Positions 22,548-33,114 of a DNA stretch of 64,000 bases are shown in pieces (the stretch's first letter is position 1; each line of letters begins with the position of its first letter). The notes under the pieces were generated by a model that made no database searches, was not told where the DNA came from, and worked only from the letters and a program-made list of their open reading frames with translations. This DNA comes from Bryobacterales bacterium (lineage in GTDB: Bacteria > Acidobacteriota > Terriglobia > Bryobacterales > UBA6623). The stretch covers positions 1,227 to 65,226 of the forward strand of contig JAPPLB010000123.1 in NCBI GenBank assembly GCA_028819575.1, written 5' to 3'. The translations under genes and the position numbers were made by a program.

Positions 22548-23710
22548 GCCGTACTACAAACTGCGAGAAGCCGTTCAAGGCCCTCTCGGAAGGTTTCTGG
22601 CCGCGGAAGCAGGCTCACCACCAGGAGTCCCTCCTGCGGAGCATCGAACAGGTACCCAGGATGCACGTGCACTCCCTCCGCAAGCAGGTCGAGCGCCCAC
22701 TGCTCGTCGCCGCGGGTCCTTGGGACCCTGAGGAGCGCATACCACCCGGCCTGGGCCTCGAGCCGATCGCAGGCAGTGCGCGATAGAATCTCGTCGAGCC
22801 TATTCAAATTGCCCCGAATCCTGTTCAGGATGTTGCACTGCACACTGTGACGAAGCTGTAGCAAAGCAGGAGCCGCGAGTTGTACGGGCGTATTCACCGA
22901 TAGATACGTGTCGCCGATTACCTCCAGGCGCGCCAGCGCCTCATCACGGATCGCTTGCGGTCCCGTCACGACCATCCAACCCAGTTTCATCTGAGGCAAT
23001 GCCGCTATCTTCGATAGCCCGCTCAGCGTCAATGTCAAGCAGGACTCTTCAGCGGCCGTGCTTGCGGGCGTCTTTCCTGTTCTGCACCAGCGATAGTCGA
23101 GAAACACCTCGTCGACGATCAGCGCCAATCTTCGCTCGGCGGCGATTTGCGCGATGCGACGGCGTTCTTCCTCCAGCAGATAAGACCCGGCGGGATTATT
23201 CGGCGACACAGTGATGATGGCTCTCGTTCGCGGTGTGATCGATGCCTGCAAAGTCTCAATATCGATCGCCCATCCATGGTCATAGACCAGTGGATAGCTC
23301 GTCAGCACGATGTCGTGCAGCTTCGCCAAGTAGTCAAGAAGCGGATAGCTCGGCCGCGAGACCAAGACCTCATCGCCGGGTTGCGCCAGCAGTTGGAATG
23401 CGAACGCGTATCCCTCGCTGGTGCTCGCGGTAAGAACAATCTTTTGCACATCGACATCGACTCCGTGATCGGAATAATAGGCCCGCACTGCGTTGCGGGC
23501 GAGCAGTGCACCCCTCGGCTGGGGGTCATACGAGTCAATGGAGGCGCGGCTTAGCGCGGCGTTGAGCGTAATGGAGTCGGGTGACAGGCCGCATCGAGTC
23601 GGATTCGATTCCGTGAGATCGATGGTGTCGAGTCCCTCTGCGCGCCTCGTCGCGAAGGCCTCCGACAAGCGATTCGGATTGCGTCGCCAGTTCGTGCGGG
23701 GGGAAAACAT
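22544..23710 (-). CDS. PLP-dependent aminotransferase class I/II
   Basis: SPNNPAG, IVDEVF, SGLSKIAALPQMKLGW. Confidence 0.92.
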   Translation of the reverse strand: MFSPRTNWRRNPNRLSEAFATRRAEGLDTIDLTESNPTRCGLSPDSITLNAALSRASIDSYDPQPRGALLARNAVRAYYSDHGVDVDVQKIVLTASTSEGYAFAFQLLAQPGDEVLVSRPSYPLLDYLAKLHDIVLTSYPLVYDHGWAIDIETLQASITPRTRAIITVSPNNPAGSYLLEEERRRIAQIAAERRLALIVDEVFLDYRWCRTGKTPASTAAEESCLTLTLSGLSKIAALPQMKLGWMVVTGPQAIRDEALARLEVIGDTYLSVNTPVQLAAPALLQLRHSVQCNILNRIRGNLNRLDEILSRTACDRLEAQAGWYALLRVPRTRGDEQWALDLLAEGVHVHPGYLFDAPQEGLLVVSLLPRPETFREGLERLLAVCSTA

Positions 23711-23790
23711 CGGGATCGCAAGGTCTCGTTCAGGGCACCGGAAATGAATGGGAAACTCGCGCCCCGGAGTTCAAAAAGGAGACTGCTATC

Positions 23791-25689
23791 ATGACAGAGA
23801 TTTCGTGCAAGGCCGCTATGGTCTCCTTTCCCCGGCTCTTTCTCGGCTTGATCCTCGGCGCGCTTCTTTCGCCGCCCGCTTTACCGCAGCGCACGCAAGA
23901 CGCCGGGAAGAATAGAGACCAGATGAACTGGCGCGTGTTGCGCCCCGTTGTGCGTGGCACCAGGGCGGCGGTAGCCGCGGGAGCTCCGCTCTCGAGCGAA
24001 GCAGCCATGCGCATTCTGCACACGGGCGGAAACGCTGTAGACGCGGGAGTCGGCGGACTGTATGCGGCAGCCGTCTGTGAGTTTTCTCACTTCGGGTTCG
24101 GCGGCGAAGCACCCATCCTGATCCGGACGGCAGAGGGACAGGTACACTCTATCGGCGGTCTCGGTACGGCTCCCCGGAAGATGACCCTGGAGTTCTTCCG
24201 CTCGCACCGTCAGGAGCCGGAGATCGTACAGGAATCCCTCCGGCGGGGCCACAACGGAGGGCCGATCCCAGCCTACGGAATTCTGCCGGCCCTGGTTCCC
24301 GGCATGGTGGACGGCGGGTTGCTCGCGCTGCGGGACTTCGGTACGCGATCGTTCGGAGAGATCATTCAACCCGCTATCGATCTGGCGGATGGCATGCCGG
24401 TCGACGGCTTTCGATCGTCCTCGATTGCACACGCCGTTCGCATTTTCAAGCTGTTCCCGACATCCCAAAGGGTCTATCTCCCGAACGGCAGAGTTCCTCG
24501 TGTGGGCAGCATCTTCCGTCAACCGGACTTGGCTCGGACGCTGCGCTCGATGATGGCTGCAGAGAAAGAGGCTCTCGCGAAAGGAGCCACACGGGAGGCG
24601 GCGATCGATGCGGTCCGCGATTTCTTTTACCGGGGCGAGATCGGGCGAAAGATCGGGCGCTTTTCGAAAGACAACGGGGGGCTGCTGCGGTACGAAGACC
24701 TGGCCAACTTCCGGCTGGAAGTGGAAGAGCCGGAGATGGTGACCTACCGTGGGTTCGATGTCTATAAAAACGGATTCTACACCCAGGGACCGATTCTCCT
24801 GCAAGCTTTGAATCTGCTCGAAGGCTTTAACCTCCGCTCCATGGGATGGAACACGGCTGAATACATCCACATCATCGTGGAAGCCCTCAAGCTGGCCTAC
24901 GCCGACCGCGACACCTACTATGCCGATCCCGAGTTTTCGGAGATTCCGGCGGTGCTTCTCACCAAGACGTATGCTGCCCAAAGGCGGGAATTAATCGAGC
25001 CGACGCAAGCCTCGAGCGAGTTTCGGCCTGGTCGCTTCGGTGCAAGACAGCCGCCCCACCCGGCGTTCTATGCCGGCAGGCTTCGGCCTTTGACGGACGC
25101 CTTGGCATCGAGAGACACGACCTGTCTGAATATTATCGACAACTCCGGAGTCATGTTCTCGGTAACGCCGTCAGGCGCTTGGATGCCTTCTGTCATCGCG
25201 GCCGACACCGGCATTCCGCTGACTCAGCGAGCCCAGAGCTTCCTGATGATTCCAGATCACCCGAATGTCGTTGCACCGGGCAAGCGTCCACGCATCACGC
25301 TGTCGCCGACCCTGATCACCAGGCGCGGACAGCCCGTCATGGCCCTCTCGACACCCGGGGGAGACCAGCAGGACCAGGCATTGGTGCAAGTGATGCTGGC
25401 GGTGCTGGAGTTCGGGCTCAATCCGCAAGCGGCGGTCGAGGCTCCACGGATTCAGACGAGGCATCTGGTGGCAAGCTTTGACGATCACGCGATGGACCCG
25501 AATCTTCTCTTGCTGGATGAACGGATTCCGCCTTCCGTCGAAGCGGCTCTCAAACAGCTCGGACATCAAGTCGAGCGCCGCAGCCGTTGGAACAGCGGCT
25601 CCGCGCCCGTGGCCGTCCTGAAAACCCCCAACGGTGTCATCTCCGCAGGGGCCGACCCCTACGGCTACCGCTACGCTGACGCCTGGTAG
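23791..25689 (+). CDS. Gamma-glutamyltransferase family protein, exported
   Basis: GGNAVDAG, ALKLAYADRD, DTT autocleavage Thr, PGKRPRITLSP, TPGGD; start may be 23818. Confidence 0.92.
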   Translation: MTEISCKAAMVSFPRLFLGLILGALLSPPALPQRTQDAGKNRDQMNWRVLRPVVRGTRAAVAAGAPLSSEAAMRILHTGGNAVDAGVGGLYAAAVCEFSHFGFGGEAPILIRTAEGQVHSIGGLGTAPRKMTLEFFRSHRQEPEIVQESLRRGHNGGPIPAYGILPALVPGMVDGGLLALRDFGTRSFGEIIQPAIDLADGMPVDGFRSSSIAHAVRIFKLFPTSQRVYLPNGRVPRVGSIFRQPDLARTLRSMMAAEKEALAKGATREAAIDAVRDFFYRGEIGRKIGRFSKDNGGLLRYEDLANFRLEVEEPEMVTYRGFDVYKNGFYTQGPILLQALNLLEGFNLRSMGWNTAEYIHIIVEALKLAYADRDTYYADPEFSEIPAVLLTKTYAAQRRELIEPTQASSEFRPGRFGARQPPHPAFYAGRLRPLTDALASRDTTCLNIIDNSGVMFSVTPSGAWMPSVIAADTGIPLTQRAQSFLMIPDHPNVVAPGKRPRITLSPTLITRRGQPVMALSTPGGDQQDQALVQVMLAVLEFGLNPQAAVEAPRIQTRHLVASFDDHAMDPNLLLLDERIPPSVEAALKQLGHQVERRSRWNSGSAPVAVLKTPNGVISAGADPYGYRYADAW

Positions 25690-25722
25690 CCTGCGAACTC
25701 TGTTGGCTCCGCGACCTTCCGC

Positions 25723-26856
25723 TCAGATGCCGGCCGGAATTTCGACAACGTAAACCTGCGTGTGTCCCGACCGGTCGCTGGCGAAGGCAATCATCGATTC
25801 GTCCGGTGAGAACGACGGGTGGGGATGAGTCCACTGGGGGCCGTAAACGGTATCGACCGCCATCTCCATCCAACTCAGGGCCTTGTCCTTGTCAGCCTCG
25901 GCGCGCGCCGCCGCCCAGTCTTCGGCTACGGCATAGCGGGACGTCAGCCATTGCGTCCCGCCGTTTGAGCTTTGAGGGTAGCAAAGGGTCTCACGATCGC
26001 CCGTCGCGACATCCACAAGCTGAATGCCGATGTCGGGCTGATTCGTGTCGCACAAGATCTTCGTGCCAGCGCGGTTGGGCGTGATATGCCAAGCGTTGAA
26101 CTCCGCGATGGTATGGATTGCTCTCGTCTCCCAGCTCATGCGCTTCAGCGCCCTCGGCCAAACCGTGAACACCAGATCGCCGGTGTCACCGAGAAAGGTC
26201 TCGTGAACCACGAACTCGTCGTTGTCGTGCTCATACAAGCATTCGATTTCCGACCCGTCGCGACGCATCCGGAACATCCGTGGCGCCGGGTCGGCCGCGA
26301 ACTCGATCCACTCAGAATCGACTGGCGAGAATTGCGGATGAATAACGGTTCGATCGAACGGTATGGTCTGCTGGCGGCCTGCCGAGGTATGTCCCACGAC
26401 GACGCCGTTCTGCTGTCCGGTCTTGCAGGCAGCTACGAACCAGTCACCGTCGCGGCTGAGGGAGCATTCGCCGAGTTGCCCGTCGAATTCAGCGATGAGT
26501 CTCTCTCCCAGGCTGTCGCGGTCGATTACGAAGACCGATCCACCGCGTACGAAATAGACCGATTCGCCGTCAGGGGCGATGGCGGGAGAAAACGGATGGA
26601 TCGGGCCGTCACTGGTAAGCTGCCGAATCTCGCCATCGAAGACGCCCACTTCGAAGAGTTGCGCCTGTCCGGTGCGGTAGGACGCAAAGACCAGGGCCTC
26701 TTGGTCGGGCGTAAATGAACTCTGCAAGAAGTACGTCGGATGGTTGATCGATGGATGATTCGTAAGTTGATGGACTCGCGCGCCGGTCTGCTCGTCCTCG
26801 AATACGGTGTGCTCGGATGGAAAGAGGGCGCCTTTACCGGTAGTCATGCCCTTCAT
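25723..26856 (-). CDS. Oligogalacturonate lyase-like beta-propeller protein
   Basis: D..TG..V..LT, HPTYFLQSSFTPD, THPHPSFSPD resemble the Ogl (PL22) family. Confidence 0.75.
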   Translation of the reverse strand: MKGMTTGKGALFPSEHTVFEDEQTGARVHQLTNHPSINHPTYFLQSSFTPDQEALVFASYRTGQAQLFEVGVFDGEIRQLTSDGPIHPFSPAIAPDGESVYFVRGGSVFVIDRDSLGERLIAEFDGQLGECSLSRDGDWFVAACKTGQQNGVVVGHTSAGRQQTIPFDRTVIHPQFSPVDSEWIEFAADPAPRMFRMRRDGSEIECLYEHDNDEFVVHETFLGDTGDLVFTVWPRALKRMSWETRAIHTIAEFNAWHITPNRAGTKILCDTNQPDIGIQLVDVATGDRETLCYPQSSNGGTQWLTSRYAVAEDWAAARAEADKDKALSWMEMAVDTVYGPQWTHPHPSFSPDESMIAFASDRSGHTQVYVVEIPAGI

Positions 26857-29060
26857 CGGCCCTCGGCGGCAACCCCTTCGTAGTAGGCCCTCGCCTTCTT
26901 GAACAGTGCGACCACTTCCTGACGTTGCTCTTCGGAAGCGAATCGACCCTTGTCCTGGACTCGTGAGATCAACTGGTCGACCCAGGCGACGAAGAACTGC
27001 CCGTCCTCCCTGCGCGAGACTCCTTTGCCGTCGACGGTCAGATAGACGGGACTCGTGTGTGCGTACAGATCGGTGTCATTGACCAGATAGCGGTGGAAAT
27101 CGCCGCGGACACGAGCGGCAACCCAGGAGCCCTCCGCAACAGGAATCTCCTTCGTAAGCTGAACGAATGATCCATCCGCGCGAGGTTCCTCGCTGGCGAC
27201 CACCTCGCCGTTGACCACGATCTCCAGTCGTTTCATCGGGACGAGCGAGGTGGCCGACGCCTCCACGCGAATCCTGTCACCGGACGAGATCTTGAGCTCG
27301 TCGCCAGGGAGTCGGCCGTTCACCTTAAATCGAAGTATCGGGCCATTCGTGGCGAAGCTCCGCCCTTTTCGAAAGTTCTCAACCCAGTCGCCGGCGTTGA
27401 GTGCATCACCGGTGTAGACATAGACACGGTGGCCGCCGGGGATCCAATGATGGCGACGGTTCGTGAAGCTGTCGGTGCCGGCGGAGATCGCACAGCGCAA
27501 GCCGGTGTTCAGCAGACGATACCAGTAGGGCGTTGCGGCGTCTTCGTTCGAGTTGCTCATCACATCCATCGCATCGACGGAGCCGAGCGCCAGGTCCACC
27601 GGCATTTCACGAGCGCTCATGGTTTGCGGGTCGGAGGTAAAGCTGTATCCCGGATGGGCGTAGCTCGCCACGCCGCCCTGTTGCTTGGCGCCCCACGCCT
27701 GGACGTGATTCGGCGGATAATCGTGCGGGTACGAGGTATCGCTAAAACCCGTGTAGAGCGGCTTGACGAGTTGTTTCAGACCCGTGAAGCACATATGCCC
27801 ATAGGGGCCGTTGTTGCGCATCTCCTCGCCCCAGTAGAGGATGTGCGTCGGATCGCTCAACTTGTGAGGACGCCCCTCGAAATACTGCTCGTCGTGAACT
27901 TGCGGTCCAGACGAGTTCGCAACCATCAAATTCGCGTAGTTGAGGTCCTCGCCGAGGACCTGGGTCTGAATGTCCTCCGGTGTCATGAACTCGTGGTCGT
28001 TGTAGTTGACGTGCGTGTGGAGATCGCCGCCATACCAATGTCTCTTCGCCAAGTGGGATGTGCGCTCGAGCTTGATGGTGACAGCGGTCGTTTCGCCGGC
28101 GAGCACTTCGACGTCATGCTTGACGGGTTTGTACTCGATTCCCCGAACCGCCTCGATCGAGGCAGTTCCCTCGGGAATGCGGATCTCGTGCTCGCCACGG
28201 CTGTAGTAGAAGTAGTCACCGTGGGTCCACGTGATGCGGGAGAGTGTGGCGTCGCCGGCCCGTCCGTCGGGTGCATAGGCAAGGCCGTCGGAACCGCGCA
28301 CGTAGACGCGGGCCGCAACCGCGGCGCCGTCCTCCTCCGTCCTGACGCGCAACCTTCCCCAGCTCACGACTTCGATCGGGAAACGAGTCGTCGACCCAAT
28401 CCGGCTTTCGGGCGGCGATCCTTCAGAGGGGATATCGATTCCGGCGAAGACCCGGACCCTCGCTTCGCGCGGTTCGAGCGACTGCGGCCGGAGGTTCAGC
28501 AAGGCATACGTCACACGTCCAGCCGATGCGGTCCAACGGTCGGTGGGTCCGATGTCGCCGACGGTCGCGATGATCTTGATGTCCTTCGTTTGGTCCAACT
28601 CGTTCCGCAACATCACGGGCAGGTTGTAGGTTTCCCGGAGGCCCAAGCGCAGGCGGTCGGGCTTCGCGACGACCTCCAGTCCCGACGAGTTGAGGCGTAT
28701 CTTGAGCACACCGGGAAGATCGAGATCCCATAGCTCCGGTATTCCAGCGCGCCGCCAACGGCGGAACGACACCGTCAAAGGCAAATGGAAATCCCCATCC
28801 CGGCGCAGCAGGATCCGCACCATGTCGAGTTCCGTCAGCGGACCCGGATAGTTGACGGGCTGGAACCCTTGGCGGGACGTCTCGAATGTATATTCGTCCC
28901 CAGGGGTGGGCAGGTTGCGTCCCGCCGTCGAGATCTCGGCAACCCACCAGAGGCATACCGCAAACCCAAGAAGAATCCCTAAGCGCTTGGCGATCATGGG
29001 GGCAATCATAGCAACCGCTGCGCCCGGCTCCGGCTTTTGGGGAGAAGCAGCCTTAGACAA
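26853..29060 (-). CDS. CehA/McbA-family (PHP-like) metallohydrolase
   Basis: WYGGDLHTH, WGEEMR..YGH, YAHP, SAGTD, GRSFATNGP, AHTSPVY. Confidence 0.85.
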   Translation of the reverse strand: MSKAASPQKPEPGAAVAMIAPMIAKRLGILLGFAVCLWWVAEISTAGRNLPTPGDEYTFETSRQGFQPVNYPGPLTELDMVRILLRRDGDFHLPLTVSFRRWRRAGIPELWDLDLPGVLKIRLNSSGLEVVAKPDRLRLGLRETYNLPVMLRNELDQTKDIKIIATVGDIGPTDRWTASAGRVTYALLNLRPQSLEPREARVRVFAGIDIPSEGSPPESRIGSTTRFPIEVVSWGRLRVRTEEDGAAVAARVYVRGSDGLAYAPDGRAGDATLSRITWTHGDYFYYSRGEHEIRIPEGTASIEAVRGIEYKPVKHDVEVLAGETTAVTIKLERTSHLAKRHWYGGDLHTHVNYNDHEFMTPEDIQTQVLGEDLNYANLMVANSSGPQVHDEQYFEGRPHKLSDPTHILYWGEEMRNNGPYGHMCFTGLKQLVKPLYTGFSDTSYPHDYPPNHVQAWGAKQQGGVASYAHPGYSFTSDPQTMSAREMPVDLALGSVDAMDVMSNSNEDAATPYWYRLLNTGLRCAISAGTDSFTNRRHHWIPGGHRVYVYTGDALNAGDWVENFRKGRSFATNGPILRFKVNGRLPGDELKISSGDRIRVEASATSLVPMKRLEIVVNGEVVASEEPRADGSFVQLTKEIPVAEGSWVAARVRGDFHRYLVNDTDLYAHTSPVYLTVDGKGVSRREDGQFFVAWVDQLISRVQDKGRFASEEQRQEVVALFKKARAYYEGVAAEGR

Positions 29061-30471
29061 TCTCCGAGATCACCCGGCCGTGAACCTGGGTCAGCCGTTC
29101 CTTACGACCCATGTGAAGATAGCTCAAGTTGTCCTGGTTCAATCCGAGCTGGTGCAGCATCGTGGTGTGGATGTCGCGGAAGTGGTAGGGTTTCTCGATC
29201 GCGCGAAGACCGATCGCATCGGTAGCACCGACCGTCTGTCCGCCCTTGACGCCGCCACCGGCCATCCACATCGAGAATCCCAAGTTGTGATGATCGCGGC
29301 CTACCCCACCCTGGGCTTCAGGCGATCGTCCGAACTCGCCGCCCCACAGGACCAATGTTTCATCGAGCAAGCCGCGGCGCTTGAGATCCTTCAATAGACC
29401 GGCCACCGGCTTATCGGTCTCCGACGCCATGCGGAGATGGTTTTCTTCGATGTCTTTGTGGGCGTCCCACTGCAAGTTGCCCGGACCGCCGCCGGAAACA
29501 ACGCACACGAACCGCACGCCGCTCTCCACCAATCGCCGCGCCAGCAGGCAGCGCCGGCCATAGTCATTCGTCGGCTCGACTCCGACTCCGTAGAGATCCA
29601 GCGTTTCCCGCGGTTCGTTGCCGAGGTCCAAAACCTCTGGCGCTTCCATCTGCATCTTGAACGCCAGGTCGTAAGCCTTGATCCGCGCACCGAATTCATC
29701 TTCGTCCTCGGCCAGGGTCTGCTCGTTGAGCTTGCGAATCAGGTCGAGCGTCTCCCGGCGTTGGTCGAGCGAGACTCCCTGGGGCAGGTCGAGATTCAGA
29801 ACCGGCCGCGTACCGGATCGGAACATTGTCGGCTGATACACCGCCGGCAGGAAGCCGTGCATATACATCGGCTGGCCTGCCTCGAGCGCCCCGTCGGGAT
29901 CAGGCATCACTACATACGAGGGCAGAGATTCGCTCTCGGACCCGAGGCCGAAGACGGTCCACGACCCCATGCTCGGGAAGCCCGGCACGATACGTCCGGT
30001 GAACAGTTCGTACTGCGCCGCCGAATGGACGACCATATCGCCATGGCAGCTTCGCAGCACCGCGATGTCGTCGATGCACTCGGCCGTATAGGGGAACAAG
30101 TCGGAGACTTCGATGCCGCTCCGGCCGTACTTCTTGAAAACCCGCTTGGTGCCGAGAAGCTTGGCGTCTTCCTTGACGAACTGGTACTTCGCCTCTCCGA
30201 ATTCCTTCGGGCGCGGCTGACCGTGCAACTCGTTCAACAACGGTTTGGGGTCGAACGTCTCGACCTGGCTCGGCCCTCCGGCCATGAACAGAAAGATGAC
30301 GGATTTCGCCTTGGCATCGTGATGCGGCGGTTTGGCCGCCAAAGGATTCAGATTCGCCCCACGAGCCCGATCGCGCTGGAGCATCGAGGCCAGCGCCAAA
30401 GCACCGAAACCACAGAAGCCGTCACGGATGAACTCCCGCCGGTTACGGGTGAATCGCACATGTTCCGGCAT
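29053..30471 (-). CDS. DUF1501 family protein (Tat-like signal)
   Basis: RREF, AKAKSVIFLFMAGGPSQVETFDPKP, WGGEFGRSP, GRDHH. Confidence 0.92.
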   Translation of the reverse strand: MPEHVRFTRNRREFIRDGFCGFGALALASMLQRDRARGANLNPLAAKPPHHDAKAKSVIFLFMAGGPSQVETFDPKPLLNELHGQPRPKEFGEAKYQFVKEDAKLLGTKRVFKKYGRSGIEVSDLFPYTAECIDDIAVLRSCHGDMVVHSAAQYELFTGRIVPGFPSMGSWTVFGLGSESESLPSYVVMPDPDGALEAGQPMYMHGFLPAVYQPTMFRSGTRPVLNLDLPQGVSLDQRRETLDLIRKLNEQTLAEDEDEFGARIKAYDLAFKMQMEAPEVLDLGNEPRETLDLYGVGVEPTNDYGRRCLLARRLVESGVRFVCVVSGGGPGNLQWDAHKDIEENHLRMASETDKPVAGLLKDLKRRGLLDETLVLWGGEFGRSPEAQGGVGRDHHNLGFSMWMAGGGVKGGQTVGATDAIGLRAIEKPYHFRDIHTTMLHQLGLNQDNLSYLHMGRKERLTQVHGRVISEIV

Positions 30472-30472
30472 A

Positions 30473-32491
30473 TCAGTTCACGTAGAGGAAAGAGTTCAAG
30501 TTGAACATCGCCAAGGCGAACTCCCTCAACGGCTGCTTCTCGATAAACGCAACGGCAAGCCGCTTTTCGGTCTCGCCAGGCATCCGCCCGGTGGTGAGCA
30601 AATAGGCGCGCTCCGCCTGCTGGGCCGGGTCTGTGCCCACCTCCCGCACCAGGCGTTTGGCGAAGACCTCGGCGAGTTCGTTCGATGACCGGCCGTTGAG
30701 CAATTCCAGCGCCTGAGGAGCGTGAGTGCTTGCCTCGCGGCGGGCGCAACTCGTCATCAAGGCCGGCTGATCGAACACTTCCATGAACGGCAGCCGCAGA
30801 TTCCTCTTCGCAATCAGATAGACCGATCGGCGATAGTGGTCTTCGGAGTTCTTGGCGACTTGCCACTGGTGCGGCTTGTACAACGAGTCCACGAGCTCCT
30901 GTTCCACGGGGATCATGATGCTTTCCCCGCCCCGCTTCGGATTCAGCTTGCCGCTAACCGCCAGCATCGCATCCCGAATCTCTTCGGCTTCCAGACGCCG
31001 CCGGTTGAACTTCCACAAGAGCCGGTTCTGCGGGTCCGCCTCCGTTGCCCTCTTCTCGCCGGGAGACAGCGAAGATTGCCGGTAGGTGCTGCTCAGCACC
31101 ATCATGCGGTGCATCGGTTTGGCCTTCCAGCCGCTGTCGACAAAGGCATTGGCCAAGTGGTCGAGCAACTCGGGGTGACTCGGGCGGTCTCCCATGAATC
31201 CGAAGTCGTTGGGGGTATTGACAATCCCGTTGCCGAAGTGAGATGCCCACATGCGGTTCACGGCGACGCGCGCCGTCAGCGGGTGTTGCGGATCAGTCAG
31301 CCAGTGTGCGAGCCGCGTCCTCGGATTCAAGGTGTCCCCGGGAAGTTCCGGCACACCGTCGGGAAGGAGAACGCCCAGAGGCCGCATGCCGACCTCTTCG
31401 CCCTTGCTCGCGTAATTCCCCCGCTCCAGGACGTGAATGGGCGATCGCTTCTCACGGTCATTCCTGATGCTCGCGATGGCTGGAAGCGGCTTGGGAATTT
31501 GCGCCTCCAGTTCCTTGATCCGGGCCTGAATCTTTTTCTCCGCCGCTTCTTTCTCCTCGCCTTTCAGGCCTTTCGTCTCACCCCGGAGCTTCTTGATCTG
31601 CTTCTCGATACGCTCCGTGGTGCTCTTGACGTAGTCTTGCTGCTCCTGAGGTGCGATGACGATCTGGTGCTCCTGTGTTTCCGCGAGGAAGGCTTGCAAG
31701 CGGTAATAGTCCTTCTGCCGGATCGGGTCGAACATGTGGTCGTGGCAGCGGGCGCAACCCACAGTCAGGCCGAGAAAAGCCGCTCCAATGATGTCGGTCC
31801 GCTCGGTGAGCACTTCGTTGCGGCTGCTCGCCACTTCCTGGTTGCCGGCGTTCCGGCGCACCGCCCCGAGGCGATGGAACCCCGCCGCGATCTGCATCTC
31901 GCGGTTGTCCGGACCGATCTCATCGCCCGCGAGTTGCTCCCGGACAAACTGATCGAAGGGTTTGTCGTTGTTGAACGCCCGGATCACGTAGTCGCGGAAG
32001 CGCCACGAGCCGTGCATCGTGCGATCGTATTCGAAACCTTCGGTCTCGGCGAAACGCACCAAGTCGAGCCATCGCTGTCCCCAGCGCTCGCCGTAGTGTT
32101 GGCTCGCGAGAAGACGATCCACGACTTTTTCGTACGCGTCAGGCGAGCGGTCGAATACGAAATCGGCGACCTCGCCAGGAGACGGCGGAAGGCCGATCAG
32201 GTCGAACGTCACGCGGCGAATCAAAGTCGCGCGGTCCGCTTCGGGAGCCGGCCGCAGCCCCTTTTCCTTGAGCTTCTCGAGAACGAAGGCGTCAATCGAG
32301 TTGCGAACCCAGGTTTGATCACTCGGATTCGAAAACGCCGGGACAGCAGGGCGGCTTCGTTCTTGAAGAGACCAGAACTTGCGCTCAGAATCGCGGTACT
32401 TCGACTCGACTCCGACCGAGGCGGCGAACACGACCGAGGCGGCGATCAGTATCGCGCCGCTGGATAGCAACAGCCGTCGACTCTGCGACAT
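30473..32491 (-). CDS. DUF1549/DUF1553 domain protein with CxxCH
   Basis: IDAFV, LIRRVTFDLIGLPP, YGERWG..WLD, CARCHDH, PLTARVAVNR, PSHPELLD; likely start MSQSRRLLL. Confidence 0.92.
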   Translation of the reverse strand: MSQSRRLLLSSGAILIAASVVFAASVGVESKYRDSERKFWSLQERSRPAVPAFSNPSDQTWVRNSIDAFVLEKLKEKGLRPAPEADRATLIRRVTFDLIGLPPSPGEVADFVFDRSPDAYEKVVDRLLASQHYGERWGQRWLDLVRFAETEGFEYDRTMHGSWRFRDYVIRAFNNDKPFDQFVREQLAGDEIGPDNREMQIAAGFHRLGAVRRNAGNQEVASSRNEVLTERTDIIGAAFLGLTVGCARCHDHMFDPIRQKDYYRLQAFLAETQEHQIVIAPQEQQDYVKSTTERIEKQIKKLRGETKGLKGEEKEAAEKKIQARIKELEAQIPKPLPAIASIRNDREKRSPIHVLERGNYASKGEEVGMRPLGVLLPDGVPELPGDTLNPRTRLAHWLTDPQHPLTARVAVNRMWASHFGNGIVNTPNDFGFMGDRPSHPELLDHLANAFVDSGWKAKPMHRMMVLSSTYRQSSLSPGEKRATEADPQNRLLWKFNRRRLEAEEIRDAMLAVSGKLNPKRGGESIMIPVEQELVDSLYKPHQWQVAKNSEDHYRRSVYLIAKRNLRLPFMEVFDQPALMTSCARREASTHAPQALELLNGRSSNELAEVFAKRLVREVGTDPAQQAERAYLLTTGRMPGETEKRLAVAFIEKQPLREFALAMFNLNSFLYVN

Positions 32492-32686
32492 TCCGTTCTC
32501 AGCGTCCAGGATTCTTTTTGCCGAGCGCACCCTTTTGCCAACCAACGAGAGGGCTCCCGGCGAACCACAAAACTCCACAGTAATCATAGCGCAACGACCC
32601 GAAGCTGCCGTGTCAACGCAATTTGGAACGTTCCCCTTTCCCGGCATGGATTCATTTTGCGTTTGGCGGCCCGGCCGGAGATTCCC

Positions 32687-32860
32687 GGCGGTGCGACCTG
32701 AGCTCAACAAAGGCGAACCGAACGGACGTAAAGCCACGTTTCGTAACTCGTGATTCGTAAAAAACGTTACAGGCCGTGTTGCCGGCGCGGACGGCTCGCA
32801 CTTCGTTCTGCCTGCCCTCTCAGGCACTTCGCCCCGCCCACTTGGGGAGACATGCGAGCC
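32687..32860 (-). repeat. Degenerate MITE-like copy I (long variant)
   Basis: CGGCTCGCACTTCGTTCTG..CCTCTCAGGCACTTCGCCCCGCCCACTTGGGGAGACATGC aligns with copy E at 42668-42730; GGCGGTGCGACC matches GGCGGTACGACC in copy E. Confidence 0.6.
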
Positions 32861-33114
32861 GGGATTGCCGCCTGGCAGTCCTCATGCTATGCAGGCCGGG
32901 ACGGCAAAAAAAGACTGAAGGGCTTCAGTACTTGTTGGGTCGAAGGGAACTTTCTGCTTGGCTCACATTGGGACAACTCAGACTACATAGACACAACCTG
33001 GAGCTACCGAGGTCCTCCCGCTTTTTCCCGGCTCATCCGAATGAAGTCCGGGGCGGAGAGACCCGGTTGCGGTTCGCTAACATGGGCAATGCATCGCCTA
33101 TTGATGAACCTCTC

